Below are positions 26,804-41,624 of a stretch of DNA of 64,000 bases, piece by piece. The position numbers and the translations under genes are program-made. Position 1 is the first letter of the stretch. Each line of letters starts with the position of its first letter. This stretch comes from Epiperipatus broadwayi (taxonomy: Eukaryota > Animalia > Onychophora), in assembly GCA_028023455.1 (NCBI GenBank), contig JAQFVV010000002.1, positions 3,720,001 through 3,784,000 of the forward strand, read 5' to 3'. A model generated the notes under the pieces. It ran no database searches and was not told the origin of the DNA. It saw only the letters and a program-made list of their open reading frames with translations.

Positions 26804-28020
26804 CCTACTTTCTCAATGAATGCATATTATATGTATCAAAAACTTCAAATTTAACTTTAATTAATTAGAATAAAGATCTGGGGATACATTTTTGTAAAAT
26901 CATTAGTAACATACAAAGAACATTCAGATATAAAGCACCTGTTTTCCACCACTTCAAAATTCTTCTATTTTATGCAGTTGATATTAGTATTTCTTCATAA
27001 TATATGGAAGTAGTTTAGAATTGCTTTTTCCTGTGTACTTTGAATTATATGTAATTCTTGACCCAACTATAATCACCTGTTGTCAGTAATGTATTATATA
27101 TCTTCAGCTCAATTAATAATGAATCATTAAGAATCATAAACAAAACAGAAACAATATGCAGTAAAATCCAATAAAGATGATAAAAAAATAATAAAAATGT
27201 ACACTCTCCTTATCATGATTATTTTAATACACAAAGGTAAAAACTATTATCTCCAAAAATATATAATCAATACTACAGATAATATAAACCATATGAAAAA
27301 TAACAAAGATATTGAAAAACAAAATGAAATGAATGCAGTTTTTAATGCTCTTGTTTATAAATTACAATTAAAGTGGAGTGAGTACTAAACTGATAAAAAA
27401 GTATCTTGATTAGCATAATAATTCATTTGATAAGTTCTGGAAAACAATAATAAAATCAAAATCAATAGGAAAAAGATTGCAATAAAAATTTGTGATGATA
27501 GCAAATAGCAAAAAAACAAAATTCATATGATCAGTTATTTGACAGGTAACATAATATTTGAGCAGTGAATAGGCAAGTGAAGTATTATAGTTCAAATTTT
27601 ATTAAAGTAATTTGAGATTATGTTTAGTTTTATTAAATATAAATGCAACCAGAAATCTTTACTTCATGAGTATACCAATCTATCATTGTATTACTCTGCA
27701 TAGGGTCTAGCAACAATATAAAATTAGCACTACCTCAAATCTAAGATTATTGTCATTATATATATATAAATTCATGTTTATTTTTTTCTCTCAAATAATT
27801 ATCAATAGAATTTCTGGGTTCTTATACAAATTTTTTTTAAAAAAAATTATGATTTTCCATGGTTTTCTCCATAATAGCTGTGCTATCATCAAATACAAAT
27901 CTAATTTTATCAATATCTTCAAATAGATATATTATAAAACTATTACTCATAATCTTTTTTCAATTTATTATCATCAATTCATTCAGTCAACTGTTCTATT
28001 TCATTTAACTCATTAACCTA

Positions 28021-28197
<177 letters not shown>

Positions 28198-31100
28198 GTC
28201 TGCCAATATACACATAAATAAGTATGATTATCACAAAAAATGAAAAATTAAATGTAAGTGTTGTGATTATTATATAAATCAATCTATGACTAATAATATC
28301 ATATAAAACTAATTATGAAATATAAGAACCAAAGAACTAAATATTTAATATGAGTTTTGTGATGACTATAGAAATTAATTTATAAATGTCTTGTAAAGAT
28401 TTATGTTTAGAATATCAGACATTGGTCTGCTTATTTGGAATCTTGCAATGTTGTGCAATAATGTCTTCTGCAACAAACTTTTTTTTCTAAAAACGTCAAG
28501 TCTTATGTTTTGCTTGCATTTTATTTTTAGTAATTTTTCCCATGAGTCTCATTGAAATGATATCTTCAAGTATAACCAGGGTCAGCCTCTTCCATGATTA
28601 CCATTACCAACTAGACTAGTGTAAGTCACCTACCAAATACAATACAGATGAGCTTTTACAATTGCAGATTCTATATTATTTCTCTCAAAAATCATTTTTC
28701 CATCACATTTACCCAAAATTATGGAACATTCTTAAATTACAAAATTTAGTTATTTTGTTTTATATTGTTAATAAAACCATGTCTCATTTTTATACTATTA
28801 ATTTGGAAGTTTAATTATCTTTTATATAACTAATTTAAATAAAAAAAGTTTGTGATTAAAGACATTTTTTAAATAAAATGCAGTATGATTTTCTACTACA
28901 CTTCACATCAACGTGTGACTTTCTATTTTTAATAACACAAACATTGCTAAAGTTTTGAAGTTTTTAAACGGTGAAACTAAATTTCTTATAGGCATTATTC
29001 AAAATATCATTTTTTAAGACAATATTTCAAATTTTCAAAAATAGAAGTATAATCAGTCAATTGTAAATCTAGAAGAAAAAAAAGATTTTTAAACTATATG
29101 TATATATATATATTGTAACCCCTACTATAACCTTCTGCTTAACCATATAAAGATGTAGGTGGATAGGGAGTGCCAGATATATATATATATGTAATGATTT
29201 ATTTGCCAGAGCGCCAAATTGTAACTCTAACTATCAGCTGCTGTGCCAACTCGAGATCATCATCACCTGACAAATTGTAACTCCACGAGGGAGCAAGTTA
29301 TAAAAATTGTTCAAAAAAAAAAAAACAATAATAATTTAAGTTATCAATTATGTGTTTAGTTCTAGTTTTTGAACTTAGTAATGATTACATAAATGGAATT
29401 AATGACAAATTATTAAAAACTGAAAGCAACTTTCCTCCAAAGACTCACGCATAAGTCATACAAATCCAACACAGCTATATTATCTCTCGTGGCAGTGACA
29501 ACAATTCCAGTTCTTAATTTCTAATGTTTAAATTGGTGGGAATGGGTTGGTATTCCATGCAAAGAACCTCGAGAATCAGACTCTGAAGAAATACTAAAAA
29601 TCTTATTAACAAAATAAAAGAAAAAGAGGAGTCTTCACTCACTCCCCTCCCAACATATTAATTATCTCCTTGTTCTCCACATAGACCACTCTCCCAAGTT
29701 GCAATTAATTTCTTTTAGGATTTATGTTTACGTTTTCCCCGTCACATCTCTGCTACGAACATGGCTTTTCACAATGCTATCTCACACACACACACAGGAG
29801 TGGAATGTACAATATTATCATCTCAATAAATTCTTTATTGCTATATTATCCAGCAATGATAACCTCGCCATTTAAAATTTTCTGATTGTAAAACCTCTCA
29901 CTCTCAGGGTTTTGATTTGTAGTGAGGAACTACAAATGATCACTTTCAAATTTATTGCAGACCACTGAACACTATCCCAGCTAACTTCAAGTAGAATAGA
30001 CATACGCTCATTCTGGAAGCTAATGTCTACTCTTAACTAAGGATAATAATCTTAAATCACAATAATAATAAATGTTAGCAACTACTAAACGATTCGTTAA
30101 ATGAAATACTTATTTTATAATAAATTTTGACTATGATCTGGGAAGGCATCCAAATATCAGGAGTGGAAAAGGGATTTGATGTCCACTCCTGACATTAGTC
30201 AAAGTGCAATAAATTTAACAAGCTAAATATCAAATTTAAAATTAAATTATTCTCTCAGAAGTTTGCCATATGATCATGATGATTTCAAAGATAAACGAAT
30301 GTTTCAGCAGGTTAATTCTTTAATCTCAACCACTGAATAATAAAAAAAAAAATATTACTCTAGTAGTAATATTTAATAAAGATATTTCCTGACACATCTG
30401 TACTGGAAAATATGGAATATTTTCTATAAATTTCCTATATTAGATTTCTGGAATCAATGGATACCCAAGCATTAAGACATAACAACAAAGTTTAAATTCA
30501 AAACAAAATATTTATTAACATATGAGCAATAAATTCTACAAGATAAAATACAAACATCATAGCGATCTAATAGCAAAAGAAAATGCGAAATAATAATTAC
30601 AAAATATATTTAGAATGGATCTACAATGGCTACAGGGTGAAAGTCTTTCAGAGCTCATCCCAACTTGGATAGAACCCTTGTCCCAACAGTGATACTCATA
30701 TATCAGGTACTGGGGACAAACAACTCATTCAAGAATTCAAATATTGAAAAAGTTACTTTAATTTTGCTATTTTTATAACTAATTTTATGAGTTATTACTC
30801 TCCATAAACTTAGTGCTTAACTTCTCTTTTCTAATTATATAATAGTTTAAGAAGTTATATCTATGCAAACACATTTGTATTGTATACTATGGCCCCAACA
30901 TGAGTTTTCTACCATTGTCTTACCAATCCAGTGGTAACTTGTTTCAGCATGAACCAGATATGATGCATTTTGCTTGTCTGGGTTTGAATTATTAATCTTA
31001 AATTTAAAATAATTATCAGTTTGATAACAAACTGTGAGTTAAGCTCAACTACACAATACATCAATTTCTAAAATATGATGACTTATAATTCCCTAAAGCA

Positions 31101-34100
31101 AATAATGAGTCTTAACTAACACACCATGACCTAACAAAACAGTAACAATATTTTGTACAATCTTGGGTAATAATAATAATACTTTTGCAAGAGAAAAATA
31201 AATCAATAAACAACATCTTGGTGATAGCATAAATTTAAGAGTGCCTTCTACCCGAGGCTATAAGATATGTGAGGAGCTTGTCACTGCACATATAAAACAG
31301 GGTCTGCTAAATCACCACATACTACAACTGTATAAAAATATTTATCTCTTACAAAGCAAACTAATAATAATGTGGTTGGGAATATATCCACAATCTCCTT
31401 AATACCTTCAAATTGCAAGAGAACTATGCTTTATCTCAGTCTTCGAGGTAGTAAGAACTAAGCTCACTTTGAACAAACAAAGGTCATTTGTATTCTCACT
31501 GAACATAAGGGTATCATATTATGGATGCATGAACTGATAATTCTAAAATTAGTTTAATATGACTTAAGAATAAAATTTTATTCAAATGTTAACTCTATAG
31601 AGTAATAAATGAGCATTATTTAATTTAAACACACATCTTAATTAACTCACTCTCCAGGGAATAGCAATCAAATACTTAAAAATATAGATTAAATAAACAT
31701 GAAAATATTCATTTAAATCTATTGGCATGTTAATATTTTGAAAACCTCTTCCATACTTCACATTCTCACTAGCATTTCATAATAAAATAAAATATGGGCT
31801 CAAGCAATTAAGTAATGAATAAAGTATATTTTCTATCCTAACCTAAGTTTAATACTGGGTCAATATCATAATGCTTAATTAAGAATACCTAATAGAATAA
31901 AATTAAACATATAGCATAACAATAAATATAATGAAGAAATTTTTTTTCTTAAAATCTCTTTTTGACTGTTCTCCATTGGGCAGCTTAAAATTTATTCATA
32001 TTTGAACACACACACATATCGTAAATGAAAAGATACATGGCCATGGCATAGTGATTTTGAAGTTATCCAAGTTGCGACTTTTATTTTAGTAAAACTGAAT
32101 TTGAAGATGCACATTTTTAACAAGTAGCTAAATTAATTACCAGGATCCTTGCTTGTTTATTAATTTATTATGGAAATTTATATCTTTGCAATATCACTTA
32201 TTTGATAGTAAATTATTTGTAGAGTTTACTTTCTCCTGCTTGATGAATTAAGTCATCCCTTGGGTTCTTTTTTCAATGTTAAAATTCTACCATTCATTCA
32301 GATATACAACTTAAAACAGATGCTCACTATGGTAAATTTAAAGAATCATTCAGCAATCATTCATTTAATATTTCTTTCATTTTTAATTCCAATCTGTTAT
32401 TCTAACAGATATTTTAAACTTTTCTGCTAAAGTTTTTCTCTCATGAGAATGCTAAAGTTTTCTTTGATGATAATAATTAAAAACAATAAACCACAGCTTA
32501 GATTTTATTTTGTCTTTCCAATAAATATAACACAAATGCATGATCACAGCAATTAATTGTTCTCTTTTCAGTCTCTTCCTACATTTGATTAAGAACATCC
32601 ATCCATGTATTATAAATAAACTATTTATGACAGAATAAATATCAATAAAAGTTTGTACCTGAGAGGTTTTGAGCTGGTGAGATTGGACTTCCGGGATAGA
32701 CACATTGAATTAAGCATGATTTATTAATTTTGTTGTGCTGGCAAATTTTGGTTACAATTGACTAAAGGAGATCTAATATGTCCACTTAATTATTTAGTGA
32801 CACATTTTACAACAAAACTATACATTTAAATTATTCATAGGTCAGACAATGATAATGAAGCAGAAAACTTACATGTTCACTTAACACAAACTCTTTAGAG
32901 CAGACCATTACCCAATGTGTTATATCCTTTTATAAACTCTGCCCATCCATCATCCTCTGACTTACCTACTTAACCTTTGATCCATGGTATTAAGTGTTAA
33001 TTGGTTCACCAAATATAATTTTGGCACTAATTATTCATAACTCGGCCTTATCCCACATGTGTTCCTGAGCTATTTTCCCCACTCTTAGTAAAAAAAAATA
33101 TGTCGGAAAAAATTGTGAGAAAAATTTTCAATAAAAAAATAGACTAAAATTTTGATTTAATGAAGCCAATTATTAATTTATTCAAAACTAATATAAAATA
33201 ATTGTTCTTTCAATTTCCTTTCCAACGATATATTGCATGACATATAAAATTTTGGGGTAGTTTCTATAATTAAAATTCCATATATCACACACATACACAC
33301 AGGCATGCACGCCCACACATTTATTAATAATCTTTTGCTATCTACTTGTAGTGAATTTTAAATAACATTAAATCTATTTCATAGTTTTTTGAAATTTTCT
33401 AGCTATCCTCCCTTAATTCAATATTAAACAAACGCTATAATAAGAAGTTAAATTTTCTAACCATTATATTAAACCTTCACTTTTTAAAGAATATCATTTG
33501 TCTAATTTAACACGTAAATTTTATAAATAAATAGATTCAAAGTTTTACTATGCATGAGAGCCAAATCCCCCTTCCACGCACTTAATACACTTATAAATTT
33601 TAATAAACTACAGACATGATTTGGTTTATACGTTGCACAACTGCTAAACTAAACCTTAATTCCTTAAAATATATATATTCTAATTTTATTTAATCTATAA
33701 CTCCGATGGAAAAAAAAATTTCTTTCAAACTATTCAAAACCAGCATTGCTCTTAGTTCATCGATCTTAGGTTTCTTTTTAAAAAATTAAAGGTCACAATA
33801 TATATATATATAAAGATATTACCAAACTTATATCGTATCTTGATGTTGCTTCATGAATCAATTTTAAACTGTACTAAAATAAAGTGATATAAAAATGAAA
33901 ACAAAGTTGAAACTAATAAAATTTTCCAATACCAATAAAAAAATTTTTTGAACATCCAGTTACATGTTTTAATCTAGTTAAAAGCCTTGACAAAATTAGT
34001 AAACATTAAGTATAATTCACATCATTTCCTATGACACTTTCTCACATTAATTTGGCATCAAAATCATATCTACAGTATGTCATGAGTTTCTAATATTTTG

Positions 34101-34314
34101 AATTTTTATTAATCATTCATCTATGATTGGAAATCTAATTAATAAAACATTTGAAAATACATTTAATATAGTAAATAAATTACTTCATATTTAAAATTAA
34201 AAAGCTAGCAAAATTTTAGTTTTAAAATATTGAATTTGGTTTAATTTATTTCATTTTAGAAACTAGTTCAGCTTTTGATATTTTAAATGTTATTATAATA
34301 TATAACAATAACTG

Positions 34315-34660
34315 AAACACAGGCTTATTAAATACCTGTGTCTATATATATGTAATACAGGGTATATGAGCACAGACTTTAACACAACCCACCATTCTCC
34401 ACTCTATCTAATAACACTGATACACTTAAACACATATATGTTGAAAAGATAAATATTCACCAATATCCGTATTTCATGCTAAACCAGCAATCATCAGTTG
34501 GTCCAGATTATCATCTCTACACATATATACTTTAAGTGCTCAGATATATATTAAGATAGACAATCTTCTTACTTTAATGGACAGGCTTCAATCTACTCTA
34601 CACTCCAACTCTTCAACCGTCCATCCAATTGAAAATCTGATGATGGAACACTCAAAAGCC
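34315..34660. repeat. Family B repeat copy
   Basis: Colinear with 10340-10710 in the same orientation. Confidence 0.8.
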
Positions 34661-34929
34661 ACCCTGAGGCCGAGATTCTTGTCACACCCATGTTGACCTA
34701 AAGTCAATCTGAACCCCACATGTACAGGACATAATCCATTTAATACATATGCAAGGATTAAATATATAACAATGTTATTCTGTGAAAGTCATGGGTATCT
34801 TCTGATGCTCAAACATTTTATAAACTCTCAAGCAATAAACCATTCAATTTTTGCATTGAAGATTTATATAGTAATATTTAAAATTATAAAAAATATTTTT
34901 TTGTAATATTTTAATAATGTGAGATATAA

Positions 34930-35270
34930 ACTTCACATGACCACCACCTCTTATGCTTGTGTGTAACTGTTGTTAAAACAGGCAAAACTCACTATATGTA
35001 TTGCCACACACAGCAAGCTAGAGTAATCAATGGATGCCAGAAGGCTTGTGCATAAAATCCCCATCTAGTGCCTACTCATCCAATATCCCCAGACTAGTTT
35101 CTGGCTTGTGGCCTTCGTCAGTGAGGAGCCTTGGATCTGCCAGCACTGCACCTAGATCTTAGGATCTAATGCAACCCTCGAGCAACCACCTTTTATCTCC
35201 ATTTAACTATAAAACTATAAGTCTTAAACTGAAAACACCTTAATGTTTTCAATCCAAGCCCATTAGCTTA
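34930..35270 (-). mobile_element. Family H repeat, best-preserved copy
   Basis: Colinear with 1-465 and the reverse of 466-1210 and 42670-42856. Contains the ribozyme core missing from the first copy. Confidence 0.8.
35086..35127 (-). ncRNA. Minimal type I hammerhead ribozyme motif
   Basis: Reverse complement TCCTCA-CTGACGA-AGGC cacaa GCCA-GAAA-CTAG-TC-TGGGGA. Helix I is TCCTCA/TGGGGA, helix II is GGC/GCC, helix III is the palindrome ACTAGT, cleavage triplet GUC. Confidence 0.75.
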
Positions 35271-35349
35271 TATAGTCATATAAACATCCCATTTCAGCTC
35301 TAAAAGTTTGATAAGATGTAAAGTATTCTTAGATACAATCATCTAAATT

Positions 35350-36100
35350 CTAATATGATTCAAATAATAATCAAAATAATCCCTCCAACCTGTCAAATAT
35401 CATCATTATCATATAAATAATGTATCACTAAAAATCCTTCAGAAAAAGATCTAAATTGACTATAATCAAAAAAATTCTCTATTTTCTTTGAAAATTTAAC
35501 CTATTAATTATTATCCTTCATGAAATTTTTAAATGTACTGTTCTGTATTATTATAAAATTTAATATTCATTATATTCTTAAAAAGAAGATAATTACACAT
35601 ATTGTATTTTAATCAAGTCACAATTAATCAAATCATTGTTAAAGATCTAGTCAAAATAATTCTCTTTAATGACCCAAGATCAAATTTACCTATATCCACA
35701 ACACAATTGTTAAAAGAGATGTGTGCTTCATAACCAAGTTCAATAGAAATACAAATTGGTATCATTAATATTTATCATTAACAGAAACTTAGCATAAACA
35801 ACAACTTCTAAAAAAGATTATCAAATTCTTATCATTATAATTTGAGTAGGATCTATTTTCAAGTTATTATGACTTTAATTTAGTAGCATGATAATCTATT
35901 ATCTGTCACATAATCTGTACCTGAAATACTAATGTAATATTAAGCCCATTTATTTTGTACCATGCATGCATTAATATTTTCTTGATAATACATTTTAAGA
36001 CAAAAACCACCAATACTTTTAAAAATTGAATAATTCTGGACAATAGTTTAAAATCTTCAAGAAAATTTTTTATGGTCTTTTGTTGATTTTGATGCAATAA
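35350..36100 (+). pseudogene. Possible heavily decayed LINE remnant
   Basis: A-rich coding-like texture with faint RT-like motifs; no intact frame. Confidence 0.2.
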
Positions 36101-38711
36101 GACTATCTAATAAGTAATATCAGATTTTTTTTCTGAATGTTTAAATACATTGGAGCATAAAAACTAACAAAATATCACAAGTATCATGGAACTAAATATG
36201 GTTAATATATTTTATTGATGCAGCTAAACATTTTAAAAAAGAATACATACAGAAAATAGAAACACAATATGAATCCAACACTGTAGTCTTGTTTTAGCAA
36301 AGAAGTGCTTCTCTAAAATAAAATCCATGGCCATCTATTTGTTAATTTTTTTCTCTTGTAATGATTTTCATTAATAATAGTTATATCAGGGTGTAACTTT
36401 AATAATCTCTCAGTTATATGCTCTCTCACACTTCCTTTTCCTATATTTAGGAAAAATATATATTTATCTTTATTATTATTATTATTATTATTATCTACAA
36501 CTTTTTTGGATCTTTTATGATAAATTATATTACAGTTATTTATAATGTAAATCTAACCTTAAGAGAGGCTATACTTAGATTTCCTTTTTTAGATTTTTAT
36601 ATATTTGTAGCGACTGAAGAGCATTAAGACTCTTTGTAAAGCTTTCTAAGTGCTCAGTCATTTGCTGAATGATCTCTGCCAATAAATCAGGTTCCGTACA
36701 ACACTGCATATAAATGTATGTGTGTGCTCGTTTAAACACGGGGGGGGGGGATGCCAAATCTAATAAATAGACAAATATATAAAGGAAATTGCAATACAAA
36801 AATAATTCTCACTTTCAATGCCACTTTCAAAAACATATCACTACAGTTGTTATAATATAAAATATATTGCTGGTCATCTCTAATGATATATTAATAGTTT
36901 TGTTATACCAGTTGAATGTCTTTCCTCAAATAGTTACATCTCTTAATAAGAATATGAAAAAATTGAAAATATTTTACAAAAAAATGAAATTTTATTCCCA
37001 GTGAAATGAATAAATATGCTCAATTTTTAAATTAACAATAATAAATATACAGGAAAGTATAGAGAAAAATCTTTCATAAAATACGTTCTTCTGTATCTAT
37101 TGTTACATTTTAGTCGGAGTTAAAGTTTACAATTCAATTAACAATAGAGAATCATCTCTCAATCTGAATATAACTTTTTGCAAAAATAAACAAACACAAT
37201 ACTATCCCATGCTAATTAGAAATAACCTTGAAACATAGCCTAATTTTTTATTTATTTATGCAAAGTCAGATTAAAATTATTTCTAGGAATAATCTCTTTG
37301 AAAAGTTGATTGGCATTTACTGAGATTGTGATCAATTATTTTATGGACAACTTTGTTATCTCTTAGTTTCTATTGGTAACATGTTTGGAGAAAAAGCATT
37401 CACACTAAATTTCTGGATACTCAAATAAATATTACCATCAGAAATACCATTGATACATTCAAGTCTTTTTTTTTTCAGTGACTTTCTGTTCTTTCACATT
37501 TTCTCCATCAGATTTCACAAACATAATTATATCATAGAATATATATATATAAAGTTAAGCAGATTGCATTTTCCAATCTTTTAAGATATGGTTTTATCAC
37601 CTAAATTAATCTCAAATCAAGATTCCCTTTATGGATAGTCAACAAAAATCGACAATCAAAGAATTATGGTATAAAAATAGGATTTTTTAAAAAATAAATC
37701 ACAATAAAATAAAAATTAGTAAAATAAAATAATAACAGTAACAAATGAATCATCAATACAATTTATTTTATTTTAAGCAACATTTATGCTGTGAAATCAC
37801 AAATGATTTTGCATTTATGTTGAGTTTAATTGTTACTGTTGTGCAAAAGACTATCAAGATTAGACAACATGACAACATAATACAAAATGATATTTAAATG
37901 CACATCAATCAATTGGATTTGAACTCACTCTTCGCTTATGTCATTTGTGACAAGTGCTCAGTATTGGGAAACATTGTCACATTTTTTTCATGAAGTGTTT
38001 AATTTTTATAAATCCTCTAGTAATCTGATGATAAGCATTAAGTTTTAAAATTAGAGTGTCATTTTCTCAGCATTCTGATATATTAAAAATATCTTTCTTT
38101 GGTGATTATCTCATTATAATGCCTTAAAATGTTAAATCATTTGCATGTAAGTGAAGGTCAGTGAAACATATTTCATAAATATTTTGTCATCGATTAGTTT
38201 GCACTCCTGAAATTCAAAAAAAGTGAACATAATTTGTTTCACAATTTGGAATTTTTGTAATCACAATTTTAATGGCAACAATGTGATCTAAATATCTCAT
38301 TTTTCAGCTAACTTTTTGTTTAAACATAATGACTAAAATCATGTAAATATAATTGTAAACTTTTACTTACAAGAACATGAGATATTTTATCATATAACAC
38401 AAATTCTTATTTCTAAAGCAGAACCTTTGCTAATCACGCCAGCGAATACTGTTGAAGTATAGGCTGTTTTCATATTGGTATTTTGTTTCCAACAAAATGT
38501 TTAAAACAAAGATGCTTCATCTAATACAATTTCCATAAAGTTTTTTTTCCATAAAGTTTTTTAGTAAGTGTATTATACTATATTTTATGCTTAATTCCAA
38601 TGCTTTGTACATATTCTTAAAACATAGCCTGATATCTTTTTGTAGCAATTTTCTATTTTCCCTAAGTTGTTTCCCTCATGAGATTCGATACATTGAGATT
38701 AATATTTATAA

Positions 38712-40030
38712 CAGTGGTCTTCAACCCTTGGTCCTTGGACTGGTGCCGGTTCACAGAAGTTTTCTGCCAGTCCACACTAGTCTGGCAGAAAAGTTTGTAA
38801 TAACAAAATAATAAGATTTTAAACTTTTAATTAATATAAACAATTTTTATGTAAATAAGCATTTATTTTATATAGCGTATGTTTACAATTGTATACATTC
38901 AAATATCAGCCTTTTTAAGCTAATTGTGCATATGCTTTGCTAGTGTTAATAATACTATATCTTGTATTGGTGAGAAAGTATTCATTTATTATTAACACTT
39001 GCAAAGCGTATGCACAATTAGCTTAAAAAGGCTGATATTTGAATGTATAAACAATTTTTATTTATTTTTTCATCACAATTGCTTAAATAAAATTAATTAT
39101 AAATCAAAATTTTATTTAAATTATTAGATAATACTATAATTACTAAATAATAATCAAAGGAATTTATCTGAAAATGCAATCTTTAAAAGACAAAGCATCA
39201 TTCTCATGATAATTGTACCACTCCTTACACATCAATTTCTATACCTAGTAGGCATTTCTGTATTGCGTCAGCTCATCTATTGGTCACATATAGAAATTTT
39301 TTTTATTGCATTTGTATAATCTTTTTATTTTGTATGTGACATTTCTTTTTGAAATTGTAGACTTTACAAAATGGAGACAGATCATTGATGATGATTTCTC
39401 TTCATTGAGAACGTAAATCTATTATCGTTTTTTTTTTTTTAGCAAAATGACATCTTTATATTGATTGTTTTATTTCTATGTGACACTTTACCAAAACAAC
39501 TTTTCGTTCTGTTTCTTTTTTTAATTGGGTAAAAATAAGATTAAAATAACACCAGATTCAAAATTTTTAAAAAAAAAATTTTTTTTATTATACAAAATCC
39601 ATGTATATATATATAACTTCATCTTGTATATTTAACATTAAATACAGATATTACATTTATCATAATCATTGTCATGTAATTACACTAGCTGTGATATTTC
39701 CCAACATTCAGGTGAATAACATTTTATTTTTGCATGTTTTAACAATGAAATAATAAATGTAGCAATGCAGGCACATTAATGAGAATGTACTGTTTTCTGT
39801 AGCAGTATGACTGCGCAACTCGAGAAAGAGTGTTCAGCTTGTGAAGGTAAGCAACATCTTTACAATACACAGTAACTAGTGTGTTGTTTTGGTCAGTTAT
39901 AACAATTATGCTCATTTAAGGCTAAACAGTTTAAATCTTTAAAAAAATTTATCTATAGATTTCTGCTGATCCGTGAAATCTCATCCTTATTTTTTTTAGT
40001 CCACAGATGTGAAAAGGTTGAAGATCACTG
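38712..40030. mobile_element. Non-autonomous hAT element (Charlie/Buster-like)
   Basis: TIRs CAGTGGTCTTCAACC (38712) and reverse complement CAGTGATCTTCAACC (ending 40030). Perfect 8-bp TSD ATTTATAA (38704-38711, 40031-40038) with central TA. No intact transposase. Confidence 0.85.
38892..39049. repeat. Hairpin/MITE (63-bp arms) nested in the hAT element
   Basis: tatacattcaaatatcagcctttttaagctaattgtgcatatgctttgctagtgttaataat and its near-perfect reverse complement at 38987-39049. Confidence 0.85.
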
Positions 40031-41624
40031 ATTTATAATACACCTGAATTAATGTTTTAAGAATGCCTTCTCCTCTGGTAGGGTTTTCCATCACTTTGAG
40101 CAATTATTGAATTATATCAAATGATGAACTTACTTTATTTGTGTATAATTGAAACCAACAAACATGTTTGGTATTTTCACTTAAGTTGACTATTAAGCAG
40201 AGCTAGACTTAATAGCACCAGTTTTTTTTTTTTAAAAAAATTCATTCCCATTGTTGTTTCCTCTGCTCATTTTGTCACAGTTTTTGCAAAAAGACTGACA
40301 ATTGAAAATACTTGTCTTCACAACATAGATTTTTTTTAAAGCAACATTATATATTTATTCAAAAATTTAAATTTTTCATAGAACAATTATGACTGAATAG
40401 TTACTAAGAACGAATATCAAGCAGATTCTAAAGAACTATTTTAAAAATAAACTTGCAAATACATTTATCTTTTCCTATATCAAAGTCAATCTATTTTGTT
40501 GGATAAAAAAGACAGCTCTTTTATATACAGTCTAAGTTCAGATGAAAGAGATCTTTTATTTGACATGATATATATATGTTCAAGTTTATTTTTAAAAATG
40601 TTTCTTTAGAATCAGCTTGTAATTTGTCCTAAATAACTTATTCAGATGTGATTGTTTGGTGAAATATTTATATTGCTAATATTATACATTTAATCAGCTG
40701 GTAAAAATCATATGCAATTAAAATTGTTAATATTCAAAAATCTTTACCAATGAAATGTTTTACTTAGCGTTGACACCACATAACTGTTTTGTATTTTCTT
40801 GCAGATTTTATGTATTCTTTGTAAGTTAATTCAATTTACTTTATTTCTGATAATTTGTCATTTAGAGCTCCTTGATATTGAACTTTATGTTTATAAAAAC
40901 TTTTTTATGGCATATTGAATGAGAGTTGGATTCTGAGAAGTATTCAGCAATCATCTTTGCAAATGTTATTGATTTTAAGACTTGTTGAGAAATAAAATAC
41001 TTTAATTTGAAATAAATGTAGAATGTAAAATTGTATTATAATTGAAGATTTTTATTTAAAAAATATTAATCAATGTACAGTATAAGTATTATAGAAAATT
41101 AAATACACGATTTTAAGGCAATCAAATTACGAAAACAAAACTAAATGTCTTTTCTCATCATTTATAGTTTTTTTCATTAGTTACATTTGCTTCCATTGAG
41201 GTGATACATATATACATAAATATTGAAAGTTTACTGAAAACAAACATTCGTATAGAGCCTTCTCTTTTGTTGTTAATTGGAGATGAATTTTACACAGTGT
41301 CTACTGCTCAAACAAATTTACGTGCAGCTGATACAAAATAACTTTGTTTATTAGTCGAGAAAGGGAATTTAGATTTTTCCTGGTTAGTAGAAATTATTTA
41401 ATGTATTAACTAAATTGTAAATTTTACGTAAATGTTAAATTACAAAAATTTTCAGATATATAAAATTAGAAAAAGCAAATAGTGTCTTGACGCTTTTAAA
41501 TTCTTTTTTTTATTTCTATTTTAGACATGCTCTTATTTTGTAACATATATTCACAATTTCACTCCCAATCACTTCTGATAAACACTTTAACGATTATTAC
41601 TAATCATTTATTAAAATAATGCTT

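Noticed and set aside
26950-27600. Hydrophobic, channel-like translation on the minus strand (FFIIFIGFYCILF...TLLTTGDY)
   Set aside because: Multiple stops, and AT-rich sequence yields such residues by default; no supportable homology.
29110-31500. Possible decayed LTR retrotransposon (TGTAA start, IFRMDL-like fragment near 30610)
   Set aside because: No second LTR, PBS or PPT found, and motifs are too fragmentary to call.
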